Positions 37,773 through 49,717 of a DNA stretch of 64,000 nt are shown here, piece by piece. How positions within the stretch are numbered: position 1 is the stretch's first letter; each line of letters starts with the position of its first letter. The stretch comes from Vicugna vicugna (lineage: Eukaryota). Position numbers and translations under genes: made by a program. The notes beneath the pieces were generated by a model. The model did no database searches. It saw only the letters and a list, made by a program, of their open reading frames with translations, and was not told where the DNA came from. The stretch covers positions 1,141,696 through 1,205,695 of the forward strand of contig MU058540.1 of assembly GCA_013265495.1 (NCBI GenBank), written 5' to 3'.

Positions 37773-40439
37773 AACCTCTTAGAAAAACACTATTGCAAAA
37801 TTTAGGAAAAAAATAAAATGAAATCCAGTTAAACTAATAGTATAACATGTTTTAAAATACAGTTTATTGGTCACTAAAATATAAATATTCCTATGAATCT
37901 AATATAAAAAATAGTTATTACCAAAAAGAATTGTATTTTAAGCTTATATATGTGAACTAGAACATAAAAAGTGCATATACATATGTGAAAAATATAAACA
38001 TTTTCCAAAAAATAGAGATTATAAAGACCAACCCCATTTTTATCACTCCCACCCTGTATTGTGCATGTGTATATCCCCTGCCACTTGTTAAAGACACACA
38101 AAATAATGCACACATAAAAAACCCCAAAAAACCAACAATCAAACAAAAAAGGCCTGGAAAGATAGATGTTTCTTGTTCAAGGTCACAGAGGTAAAAATTG
38201 ATGGAACTGGACCCTGACTGCAAAGCCTCAAGCTGTCCCTGGGGGTCTCCCTGCTGGGGCCATGGTCAGGGGCAGGGAGTCAGAGGCCAGAATTCAGAGC
38301 ACTGAGAAGAGGGACTCTGGCTCTCCTGAGGTTCAGTCTCATCCTGCTGCCGGTTAGAATCCTTTAGGAGGCTTTTAAAAACCCATTTACCCAGGCACAC
38401 CCCAGACCAATTAAGTTGGACACTCAGGGGTTGGGGCCCAGGCATTAGTATTTTGCTTTTTAATTTTTTCTTGATGTGTAGTATACTTACATTAAAGTGC
38501 ATAAATCTTAAGGTTTTAACTCAATGTATTTTCGTGTGTGTGTATGTGTGTGAATGAATCTGTTAATTATCATCCAGGTCAAGAGAGAGAACATGACTAA
38601 TACCCAGAAGTCCTTCTTTCTTGTCAATGTCCGCCACCCCCAGTCCTGGGTACACACTATTCTGACTCATGTCCCCACAGCATGTATTACTTTGTGTCTG
38701 GCTGCCTGCCCCTCTCCATCATTAGGTCTGTGAGAATCCATGTCACAGGCATCAGTAATTCATTCCTTTTTGTTGGTAGTGGCATTCCATTGTCTAGATA
38801 TATCACAATTTGTTTATCCATTTACCAATTGATAGACATCTAAGTTTTCCCCAGTGTTTATAAATAAAGCTGCTAAGAATATTCTTATACATGTTTTCTG
38901 GTGAACATATGTATGGGCAGCAGCAGTTTTAAAGCCACCAACATTGAGAACCACCGACTTTGAGAAAGCTATAAAATCCTGAGGGCTGCTGCTAAAGATG
39001 GAAGTCAGGGTCTGGGTCCCCAGGGCCCCCCTGGAGTCTCTCCAGTTGTAAATGAATAAACTATGGCTCGTAAAGATTTTCTAATTGCAGTTCCTTTCCT
39101 TCTGAGGTTCCAGAGCCTTCTTTGGTCACAGAAAGAACAGAGGGGACCTGGGAAGCAGCACCCCTGTGGCCAGCACAGTGGCCTCTATTTCTGGGAGGCT
39201 CTCGGAACAAGGTGGAGGGCAGGTACAGTGAGGCACTGGCTGTGACAACAGTAAACCAGACACCCTCAACAGACACTATCTAGAATAGATTCCTAATCCT
39301 CTAGCACATCACCTCCTACTCTTGAAGAAACCTCAAAAGAGCCATCTGTGCTGCGAATTTTCATTTATGGTTCCCACAGCATATATGAGTTTGCGATCTG
39401 TAGATAGATGGCTCCTGATACATTCCTGGACACACCCCACACACACACACACCTCCCCCCCCACACACACACGTCACTCACATCTGTTGCCTTGGGGCTG
39501 AAGGCGTGATTTCTCCTCTAAATGGAGCATGATCCTCCCCTCCACACGGGCAAACCACACCAGGGACAACTCCCTCTGTGGCTGCCACTTCTGTGCCTGT
39601 CACTGTTTGGGGCAGTGCCTCTGACCTCATCTGCCTGGAGCTGCTGTGATTATTTTCCTGAATTATTTGATAATGACGAGTGCTGAGGCAAAAACAGCAG
39701 ACAGAGTTCAGGGAACACCACATGTTCACAGCCTGTTGGATCTGTTGCCTCCATTGGTGGTACACGTTGCTGTCAAGGTCTGGTTTATCCATTGTCACCT
39801 GTATACCTCTAAGCCTTTCTCAGACTCACTTGTTTTCTTTTTAACTGTCTCCTTAGACAGCTTTGAGTAACTGTTTTACAGCTGGAAAAACTGAGGCATG
39901 GGAAGGGATGTCAGCTCCACAAGGGCAGGGATTTCTGCATGTGATGCTCATGGCTGGAGCCCCAGCAGCCTGGGACAGTGCCTGGCATACAGGAGAGGCT
40001 CAGTAAAGACTTCTTAAGGAAATGAATAAAACTTGTGGTGCATTTTGGTTTCGAAACGCCTACCTCAATTTTTTGTATCGTCTTCCTACAGTCCACCAGG
40101 ACAAGCAAGGCAGCCACACCGGCCGGGAGAGTTTCCTCTCCATCCCCCACGATAGCCTCTTAACCTCTGCAGTTGAGAGCAGAGATTCAGGAGCTCCATG
40201 GCCCGTTTCAACCCTCAGCTCTGCCACTTTGTAACTGTGGGGCTTTGGGCTGATCTCAGCCTCTCTGTGCCTTGGTTTCCTCATCTCTTTGCTGGAAATA
40301 ACAACATTCCCAACCTTGTGGAGTTGTGGGGAGGAGTAAAAGAGTTTGTATAAATGATGCATTTGGGGCTGTGCCTTACACGAAGCAGGTGCTCAAGAAA
40401 TGTTACTTACTAGTATTACTTTAAATGTAAGAAAATGTT

Positions 40440-42930
40440 TTAGATGGACATCTGGGTTATTAGATTTGGCTATCATGAATAAAGCTGCTATGAACATAGG
40501 TGTACAAGTGTTTATATGGACATATGCTTTCATTCTCTTGGGTAGATACTCAGAAGTGGGATTGCTAGGTTGTATAGGAGGTGAGTGTTAAAATTTATTT
40601 GGAAATCCGATAAACAAGGTCCTACTGTATAGCACAAGGAACCATATTCAATATCTTGTAGTAACTTATGGTGAAAAAGAATATGAAAACGAATATATGT
40701 ATGTTCATGTATGACTGAAGCATTATGCTGTACACCAGAAATTGACACGTTGTAAACTGACTACACTTCAATAAAAATATATATATGCAAAAAACTTATT
40801 TGAAATTGTCAAACTGTTTTCCAGAGTGACATCACCATTTTACATTCTCATCAGCAATATGAGTTCCCGTTACTCTGCGTCCTTGCTAGCATTTACAATT
40901 GTCAAAAATTTTTTTAATCATTTTTTTACCCATTCTAACAGGTATGTAGTGGTATCTCATAGTTTACCAATAGATCACCAATACTGTTAAGCATCTTATC
41001 TTGTGCTTATTGGCCATTCATAGATTGTTTTTTCTTTTGCTCCCCAGCTTTACTGAGGTATGACTGACAAATAAAACATCGTATCTATTTCAGGTGTGTG
41101 ACCTGATGTTTCCATATCTTCTTTTCTGAAAGGTCTTTTCAAAACTTTTGCCCACTTAAACATTTTTTTTAATTGTGGCAAAATATACACACCATAAAAT
41201 TTACCATCTCGATGATTTTAAAATGTACAATTCACTCTTTTGCCTATTTAAAAAATTGGATCATTTTTCTTCTTAATATTGTGTTGTAAGAGTTACTTAT
41301 ACAATCTGGATAACAGTCCTTCTCTCAGATAAATATTATGAACATTTTCTCCTAGTCTGTGGCTTCCCTTTTTATTTTCTTAACAGTGTCTTTGGAAGAC
41401 CAGAAATTTTCAATTAATTAATTTATTATTAGTCTAATTTTAAATGACCCACACTTTCTATGTCCTAGCTAAGAAATCTTTGCCTATACCAAGGTCACAA
41501 CGATATCCTCCTATGTTTTCTTTTAAAAGTTTTTTACTTTTATATTTACATCTATGATCGACTTTAAGTTAAATTTTGTGAGTGGTAGAAGATAAATACT
41601 GAGATTCTTTTTGTAAAAAATAGATACCTAGTTCTTCCAGCATCGTTTGTTGAAAAGACTATTCTTTCTGCATTGAATTACCTTGATGCCTTTGCTGAAA
41701 ATTAACAGACCATAAATCTGTGGATCTACTTTGGACTCTATTTTCTCTTCCATTATCTGTAGTTTTATCCTTATACCAATATCACACTTTCTTGAAACTG
41801 CTGCTTTACAGATAGGCTTGAAATCAGGTAGTGTAGGTCTTCCAACTTTGTTCTTCCTTTAAAAAAACTGTTTTGGTCTGCTCATTAAAAAATATTTTTT
41901 TGATCAGTGTCATGAAAGACAAGGAAAGAGTTACAGATGGAAGGAGACCAAGGAGAAATGACAACTTAACGCAATGTGGGATCCGGATCAGATCCTGGAA
42001 GCAAAAAAGGAAATTAGTGAAAAATTTATGATATTAAAGTATCTGTACTTTAACTAAAAATACTGTACCAATGTTAACTTCTTATTCTCAATTATATAGA
42101 TATTAACATTAAGGGAAGCAAGGTGAAGCATATTAGAAAACTGTTTTTACTATTCTTGCAACTTTTCTCTGCCTAAAATTAGTTCAAAATAAAACATTTT
42201 TTAAATTGTACAAATATTGATTGTAACAAACGTACCACTCTGGTGCTGGATTTGATAGTGGGGGAGACTGAGGGTAGAGGGGTGGGCGATACAGGAGAAC
42301 TCTCTCCATGGTCAATTTTACTGCCAACCTAAAACTGCTCTAAAAACAAGGTCTACTTAAAAATGAAGAAAAAAAAAGGCTCAAATGTAGAAGAATGAGA
42401 TAAATTGACTTTTTTGCAGATATTTTCCCTCAATTTTTTATTGTGCTAAAATACACATAACATAAAATTTACTACCTTAACCAACTTTAAGTGTACAGTT
42501 CAATGGTATTAAGTACATTCATTTCTTTTATCTACCAATCTCCAAGATAATAAGTTGCTTTCCTATCAAGATGACCAATTAATTTTTAATAGCATTATGA
42601 ACCTACAGATTGAAATATACTTGATTGACATGAATCCATTGCAACTCTTATCATTATTAAAGCTCACATGGTCCACTGAGACTTCTGATGTCATCCATGT
42701 CATCCTATCGGTCTTTGAGAGCCTCCTGCTAGCTGGTATGTCAAGGTGGTCCAGCCTCATCTTGACCTTTGTTGCCTTCTTGCTCCAGACTTGAAACCAG
42801 GCGTTTCTCCAAGAAGCCCAGGTTTCTTTTCATAGGAAATGATATTTCAAGACCACAATTCATGCTCTACTGTTGCTCATTGCTGCTGGATTGATCACTG
42901 TGTCTAGCCTTTTTGGCGGACAGAACAGGG
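40440..42930. mobile_element. Nested old L1M fragments (mostly minus strand)
   Basis: Antisense L1 ORF2/3' motifs (gtttgttgaaaagactattcttt, ttccaactttgttcttc) with + strand L1 3' ends inserted. Confidence 0.75.
40607..40790 (+). mobile_element. Short young L1 3'UTR insertion in an older L1
   Basis: Same family as 4935-6283; TSD-like aaaatttatttggaaat / aaaacttatttgaaat. Confidence 0.85.
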
Positions 42931-44931
42931 AAATGTATATGATTCCCTGTGAGCTCATCTGATATGAGAAAGAAAAGGGCTGTTGGAGCCTGGAGGCAAT
43001 CAGCTCATCATGGGCACATCTACTTTTCTCTGGCCATTTTGCCTTCGTTTCTATCGTCGCTGATCTACAGCTCAATTTTATTCCACAACCAGCAGTTTCT
43101 CCCAAGTGGGGTCCTGAGCCCTCAGGGCAGAGAGCCTTGGAGGGGCTCCTCCAGGAGTTTTTAGGAGCTAGACTACTTGGCCACTTTAAGCCCCTTGCTC
43201 TTAGCCACACTCCAGTGTCTTCTGAAATTGGCACCCATCTTTACCATGATGAATGTCTGTCGCTTATTTGGGGCTCTCCTACTTCCAGGTCACCAGATGC
43301 TGCTGCCCCTATTGCTTCCTTCTGCTCCTTCCCCGACAGAGATAAGTCTCATGGCTGTCGCTGGTTTGCCTCATCCACTTGTATCTTAGGCTTCATGGAG
43401 GTTCGTAGTTTGTGTTGTGAACAATGTCTGTGGATTTTGGTGATAACTAGGGTTGCTCCCTCAGCTGGTGGCTGGGCTAGGCTGGAAGGTCTAGAAGGCC
43501 TCACTTGGCATTCGCCCACGTGGCCTCTCTTTCCCCACGTGGTGGCTCAGCATTCAGTCCTCCAAGCTTCCCAGAGAGCAGGGGAGAATTGGCTAGGTCT
43601 CCGAAAGGTCACTTCCATCCCATTTGCCTGGGCAAGTCACAAAGCCCTTCCAGATTCAAGGGAAGGGAGACAGACCCCACCCCCTGATGGGAGGAGCCTC
43701 AGGTGACAGCAGGGAGGATGGGTGTGGCCACCTTTGGAGAGTCTATCTCAGGCTTGTTTGAACCAGAGCCCAGGCTGCTACCCTTAGGAGACTTCCCGGG
43801 GGCCCACCGAAGCCTGTACCAGCCCCTAAGGGGTTGGGTGGGGAGGGAGGGATGGGTGGCCTCCAGTACCAGAAAGGAATTCCAGTGTTCAGCTTCCCAG
43901 AACTCCGCCCATATGGAGTTTCCACCTGGGGTTCTGGGGCACTTGGGACAGGTTGGGGGCCCTCCTCCCTCAGGGCCAGCAGGGTGGAAAGGAAAGAAAT
44001 TAGCTTTCATCTTTCCTCCCCGCCCCTGTCACTTGCAGGCCCTCCGAGGGCTGGCAGGACATATGGCCCTGCTGGTGGTGAATCAAGCCGGGAGCCCTGC
44101 CAGGGAGGACCAGATGGAGCAGGAGGAAGGCACAAATCAGCCCCCATGGCCGACGCCAGAAATAACGCTCCTGGGCGGTGTGGCGGCTCTGTGGGCCCAT
44201 TGCACCGGCCTTCCAGTATCCAGGCTGTGCTCCCTCCTTTGCCATAGCCGCCTGGCATCATAGCTCCTTGCAGTCTGCACAGCCAGGAGAGCTGAAGGGG
44301 AAGGCAGTTAATTGGACGTGCACAAGGGCCATTCAGAAAGTCACGATTCTGTTCGGACCTTGCTGCTCCCCTCCGCGTGAGGCTGAGCGCCCTGGCTGAC
44401 TGTGGGGACAGGCCAGCCTGGAGCCCTGACATTCTGATGGACGAAAGGCAGGGCATTTTCCTCTCTGATGCCTCAGCTTTTTTTCTGCAGCGGCTGCCTG
44501 GGAGGCTGATGCCATCTGGCAGTTCCACTACCTCAGCAATAGAGGTGGATTTTAGCAAATTAGAGAGCCGTCCCAGCTGTCTTTTGTGCCTTCAAGGTGA
44601 AGATTTGACTTTCTGCCTTGGGGCAAATTCCACAGGCTGTGCTTTTCATCCTTAACAAGCAGAAACAGGGAGTTCCACCTGCCAGAACTCCCCAGATAAC
44701 TTTGCCGCAGGCTGACAGCAAGCCCCGGGTCAGGAGAATCAGAGGGCGCAAAGATGAGCTACGGTGGGTGCAGAGCCCCCTGAGCTATGGGGGCACAGAG
44801 GCCTCTCTGTTTCTGTCATCACATGTTCCCCCATACTCGGTGCCACAGGCTTGTTCCGAACTGGGAAACATCTTAGAGCTCTGATCTCACAGTGTCTCCC
44901 AGGTGCCATCTGGGAGTCACCTGGGGACCTT

Positions 44932-45700
44932 CCAAATGAAAACCACAATGAGATACCACCTCATACTCATCAGGATGGCTATTATTAAAAAAAACAAAAA
45001 CAAAAACAAAAAACAGAAAACAAGGGTTGGTGTGGGTGTGGAGAAATGTGAACCCTGGTGTACTGTTGGTGGTGACAGAAAATGGTGCAGCTACAATGGA
45101 AAATAGTATGGAGTTTCCTCAGAATATTCAACATAGAATTACCCTATGATCTAACAATCCCCATTATGGGTATATCCCCCAGAGAATTGAAAGCAGGGTT
45201 TCAAAGAGACATGTGTACACCCACGTTCATTGCTGCACTGTTCACAATAGCCAAGTGGTGGAAGCAAACCACATTCCATCAATGGTGAATGACTAAATAA
45301 AAAGTGATGCATACTTAAAAAGTGATGGAATATTATGTAGACTTAAAAAGAAGGAAATTCTGTCACATGTGACAACATAGATGAATCTCAAGAACATGAT
45401 GCTAAGCAAAATAAGCCAGTCACAAAGGACAAATACTATGTGATTCCACTCATAGGAAGTACCTAAAGCAGTCAAATTATAGAAACAGAAACTAGAATGG
45501 TGGTTGCTGAGAGCTGGGGAAGGGGAGAGAGGGAATTATGGTTTAATGAGTGTTGAGTTTCAGTTTTGCAAGATGGAAAAGGTCTAGAGATCTATTGCAC
45601 AACAATGTAAATATACTTAACACTACTGAATTGTACACTTAAAAATAGTTAAGATAGTAAATTTAATGCTATGTCTGTGCTTTTTTACCACTTTTTTTTA
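44932..45700 (+). mobile_element. L1MA/MB-type 3' end
   Basis: QMKTTMRYHL ORF2 remnant followed by 3'UTR ending ttttaccac...aaa. Confidence 0.85.
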
Positions 45701-46256
45701 AAGGGAGCTCATTTCCATTCGGAAATGCAAACATTTAATATAAATAGATAAACAACGAGGATGGAGGGATGGAGAAGGCACAGAGGCACACTTGGCCCCT
45801 TGGAGTCCAGTGGGTCTGGTGGGTCTGAGGCTCAATCCATGGGTCTGTGACTGTCTTCTCTGGGGCCAGGTGCCAGCCAGTCTTGGTGGTGGGGCTTGGG
45901 GGTCTTGAGATGCTGGGATGTGTTGTAATTTGAATGAAGGCAGCATCTTTGCGGGGATGGGGCAGGGATTCCGCTTGTTTCTGCAGTCACCACTCTGTCT
46001 TTTCCTCCTCATTTGAATTCCGTGCCTGTGGGCAGGGGCAGGATGTGCTCAGAGGTAGGTCTGGGGTACTCAGCTCCTTCCTTGACCTGTTCCATTGCAG
46101 GTGGGGTGAAGGGAACGGAGTTGGGTAAGAGGGACAAATGGGGCTCAGTGCTGTCCTGCTCAGCTGCCCTGCCCTCAGAGCTGCTGCAGTTTCAGCTGTC
46201 TGGCTGGGACAGGAACCCAGAGGCAGAGAGGAGTGAGGGAAGGGTGAGGGACTCAC

Positions 46257-46343
46257 CTTTCTGCAGGAAGTTCACACTCTCCTTCCCAGGACAGATCCCA
46301 CATTCCCAGAAGAAAAATCCTTCCCTTCAGGTGGTGGATGTGT
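46257..46343 (-). other. Candidate internal exon (87 nt) of an unidentified transcript
   Basis: Acceptor tctctgttcccgtgtag and consensus donor AAG|GTGAGT; length divisible by 3; only the phase-2 frame is open. Confidence 0.4.
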
Positions 46344-46611
46344 CTACACGGGAACAGAGACATCTCCCTCACTGTTTGAGAAATGCCCACTCTGTCCTCA
46401 CATTATTGATAGTCCTTCTGATGACACAGCAAAGTGACCACTGTTTACTCCATTTTTCAGATGGGAAAGTTGAGCCCAGGGGTTCACTCTCACACAGACA
46501 GCAAATAGCAGAGCCAGGGTGAGGGCTCAGGACTGCCCAGGCCCAAGGGTTTGCAGGAGTCTCCCAGCCAGGCCAGGGGGCCTCAGAGAGGTAAGAGAAG
46601 GGACTTCATAG

Positions 46612-47060
46612 TAAACAGATTCAGTGTGATCCCTATTAAGATCCCAACAGCTGTTTTTACAGAAATGGAAAAACTCATCATAAAATTCATTTGGCATTTC
46701 AAGTGACTCCAAATAAACAAAACAATCTTGAAAAAGAAGAACAAAGTTGAAGATCTCACATGTCTTAATCTCAACATATTCTATGAAACAACAGTAATCA
46801 AGATGGTGTGGTACAGGCATAAAGACAGATATATAGACAAATGGATCAGAATAGAGAGCCCAGAAATGAACACTTGCGTATATGGCTGAGTGATTTCCGA
46901 CAAGGGTACCAAGACTACACAATGGGGAAAGGACAATCTCTTTAACAAATGGCGCTGGAAAACCTGGATATCCACACACAAAAGAATGAAGTTGGACCTC
47001 CACCTAACACCATGTACAAAAATCAACTCCACATACATCGAAGACCTAAACAACCAAGTA
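46612..47060 (+). mobile_element. L1 ORF2 fragment
   Basis: acagtaatcaagatggtgtggtacaggcataaagacaga...gagagcccagaaat. Confidence 0.85.
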
Positions 47061-48455
47061 TAATTTCCCTGATCAAATTTTGTCAAGAAGTTTTGATGTA
47101 TTGATGATTTCTCTAGAACATTCGTTGACCTTGCTTACAAAGATTACACCCTCTCAAACTCTTGAAGCCCCAGTCATTTTTCATAGCACTCTTACCCCCT
47201 GACATTATTTTATTTTTATTTGTCTATCTGCTTATCATCTATCTATCTGCTTATCATCTGTCTTCCCACCGGGATGTGAGTTCCAAGAGGGCAGCAATTT
47301 TGACAGCCTTATTCATGGCTGTATTCCCAGAACCTAGGACAGTACATGGGACACAGTAGGCCCTCAACAGATGAAACGAAGGAAAAAATGAAGTATGGCT
47401 TAAATAGAACACTGCTGGTCTGTATTTGTCTCCTAGTTAGTCCATGAGTAAAATCATGAGGAGCTGTATTAGATGGAGAGAGAAATGATGCAGAACTGAG
47501 AAAGGGTCCAAGGCCCAAATGATGCGGCCAAGCTATCCAACTCCATGCTGTGGATGAACAAGTTTCAAGGAGCTCCCAATATTGCCAGCGAAACCAACAG
47601 AGATAACCAACAGGGCAGCCTCCGCTTCACCATTTGATTTACTGATGCTCTGAAGTGCTGACTTACGGCTTAGGGGCAGCAGGGCACATGGACAGCACGA
47701 CCAGAGATGGTGCTGATGGTACCACCCAGACCATCAGGGCAAAGGAGAGATGAGGGGGTGGAGCTCTGACAACACTGGAGCCTGCACCTTGTGATGATGG
47801 AGGCTGTCACCAAGGAGCCTGCCAGGGTCTCTGGCCTCTCTTCCTCTGTTCTGCCCAACTGAACACTACTGAGTAACAACCACAGCCAAGAACTGGGCCC
47901 CACAATGGGTGATCTCAGTTTTAGGCCTCCATTCTGGTTATGCATTGCTGCAAAATTTGACTGGGGAAATTATACCTGGTTGAAATATGAAGAAGAACCA
48001 CACTGGAAACTAAGCAAGATATTGGTCTTGGGGCACTTGCAATAGGGTTGAAGATACAGCAAGACCATAGGAACGGTGGTTATTGTTACTCCCCTCTTGT
48101 ATTTATTTTTATCTTTAAAATGTGTAATTTAATTTTTTGAATAGATGATACATTAAAATGGTTCAAACATCAAAAAGGAAGATGAGGGTTCGCAGAACAG
48201 CGAATCCCTGACCTGTATCCAGCCACCCAATTCTCCTCCCAGGAAGTGGCTACTCTTCCCAGGTCCCTGTGTCCTGCCAGAAACACTCTCTGTATTTACA
48301 GGCAAACCTAGAGATATATTCTTCCATCATTACTTTTAAAATATATACACATGGTAGTGACTATACTCACAGCTTTGCACCTTGCTTTTTCCTCTTAAAG
48401 TAGATACTTGGGGATTGTTTCATATCAGAACATTAAGAGCTGCCTCATTCTTTTT

Positions 48456-48568
48456 TTGGGGGGGGTAATTAGATTTATTTATCTTTTTTTTAAAGGAGGT
48501 GCTGGGATTGAACCCCCCCACCTCATGCATGCTAAGCACATGCTCTGCCACTAAGCCATACCCACCCC
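48456..48568 (-). mobile_element. tRNA-derived SINE (Vic-1-like) inside an old L1 fragment
   Basis: Reverse complement of the same SINE; TSD tgcctcattcttttt / tgtcttactcttttt. Confidence 0.83.
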
Positions 48569-49703
48569 TGTCTTACTCTTTTTAATAAGCAGCATAATAT
48601 TCCACTGCATGGCTGTGCCACGATGTGTCTAATAAACCCATTGTAGGGGAACACAGGTGATTTTCAGTGTTCAGCTCTGACACACTATGCTGTGATCCTT
48701 CCCCACTGTGTTGGTGAGGAAACCCAGGTGGGAGAAGCAAAGTGTCGCACCCCAGGCCACGTGGTGAGTTGTTGGCAGAACCAGGACCAAATGGCAGTCC
48801 CCCAGCCCTACACCCCATGTGTATTCCCATCTCATCTGGGCTTGGGCTTCCTGGTTCTGCAATGGGGGAAGCTGGCACAGGTCGCCAGAGGGTGAGGGTG
48901 GTGAGCAGGCAAATGGACCAGAGGTGTTGTTTTCACCTCCTTGGCCTAACACTTGGCCGCATGAAGAAGGAAAAACAGTTGGAAGGAAGACCCCAGGCTC
49001 TCAGATGGAAAAGCAGCAAAGCAGAGACCATGGCAGGAGGGGGTACTTTGCAGAAGTGAGCCTCATGGCAGTGCCTCTGACCGACCTCATTTTCTCCTTC
49101 AGGTAGGGTTTGCTTTGGAGGAAGCAGAAGCTGAAACACAGCCCAGGATTGGAGGGGAACTCAGCCCTGTAATTGAGGCGCTTGGGATCGAGACTCAGGC
49201 CTGCCACAGACTTCCGGATCCTTGGGCTGGTCACCCAGCCTCTCTGGGCCTGGGATGTGGGGGCTTGATCTAATGGGGCCTCTCCTGTCACAAGACCCAG
49301 GTTCTGGAGCCACCAGGGATAGGTTCCAATGCCAGCTCAGTCAAGCTCCCTTGACAAGCTTCATTTCCTCATCCAAAAAAGTAGGAGTCAAAGTAATGCC
49401 AGGTGTGGTAAGAGTCCGATGAGACAATGTGTGTGAAAGCCCTTGTAAAACTAAAAAATCAACACACAGTACAGATTCCCCTCCTCCCAGGTATTCATTC
49501 TGAAGCTGAAATTACAAATGCTAAACTCTGCCCACAACCACATCTTCAATATAAAAGATTATGATGAGCAAACCACACCTCTTTGTTGTTCAGGATACAG
49601 AAATTCAAAGCCAAAACCAAAACACAAACACAAAATCTTTGGTGGATGTTGAATTTAACACCAGCATCTCCTTAGGTATTCTGCCTGCATTTAAGGTACA
49701 GTG

Positions 49704-49717
49704 CCACTAGGTGGCGA
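49704..49717 (+). promoter_or_regulatory. CTCF core motif
   Basis: CCACTAGGTGGCGA matches the CCASYAGRKGGCR consensus. Confidence 0.7.

Noticed and set aside
49076..49108. Branch point, pyrimidine tract and CAG|GTAGGG resembling a recursive splice site
   Set aside because: Lies upstream of the putative PACSIN1 TSS with no supported + strand host transcript.
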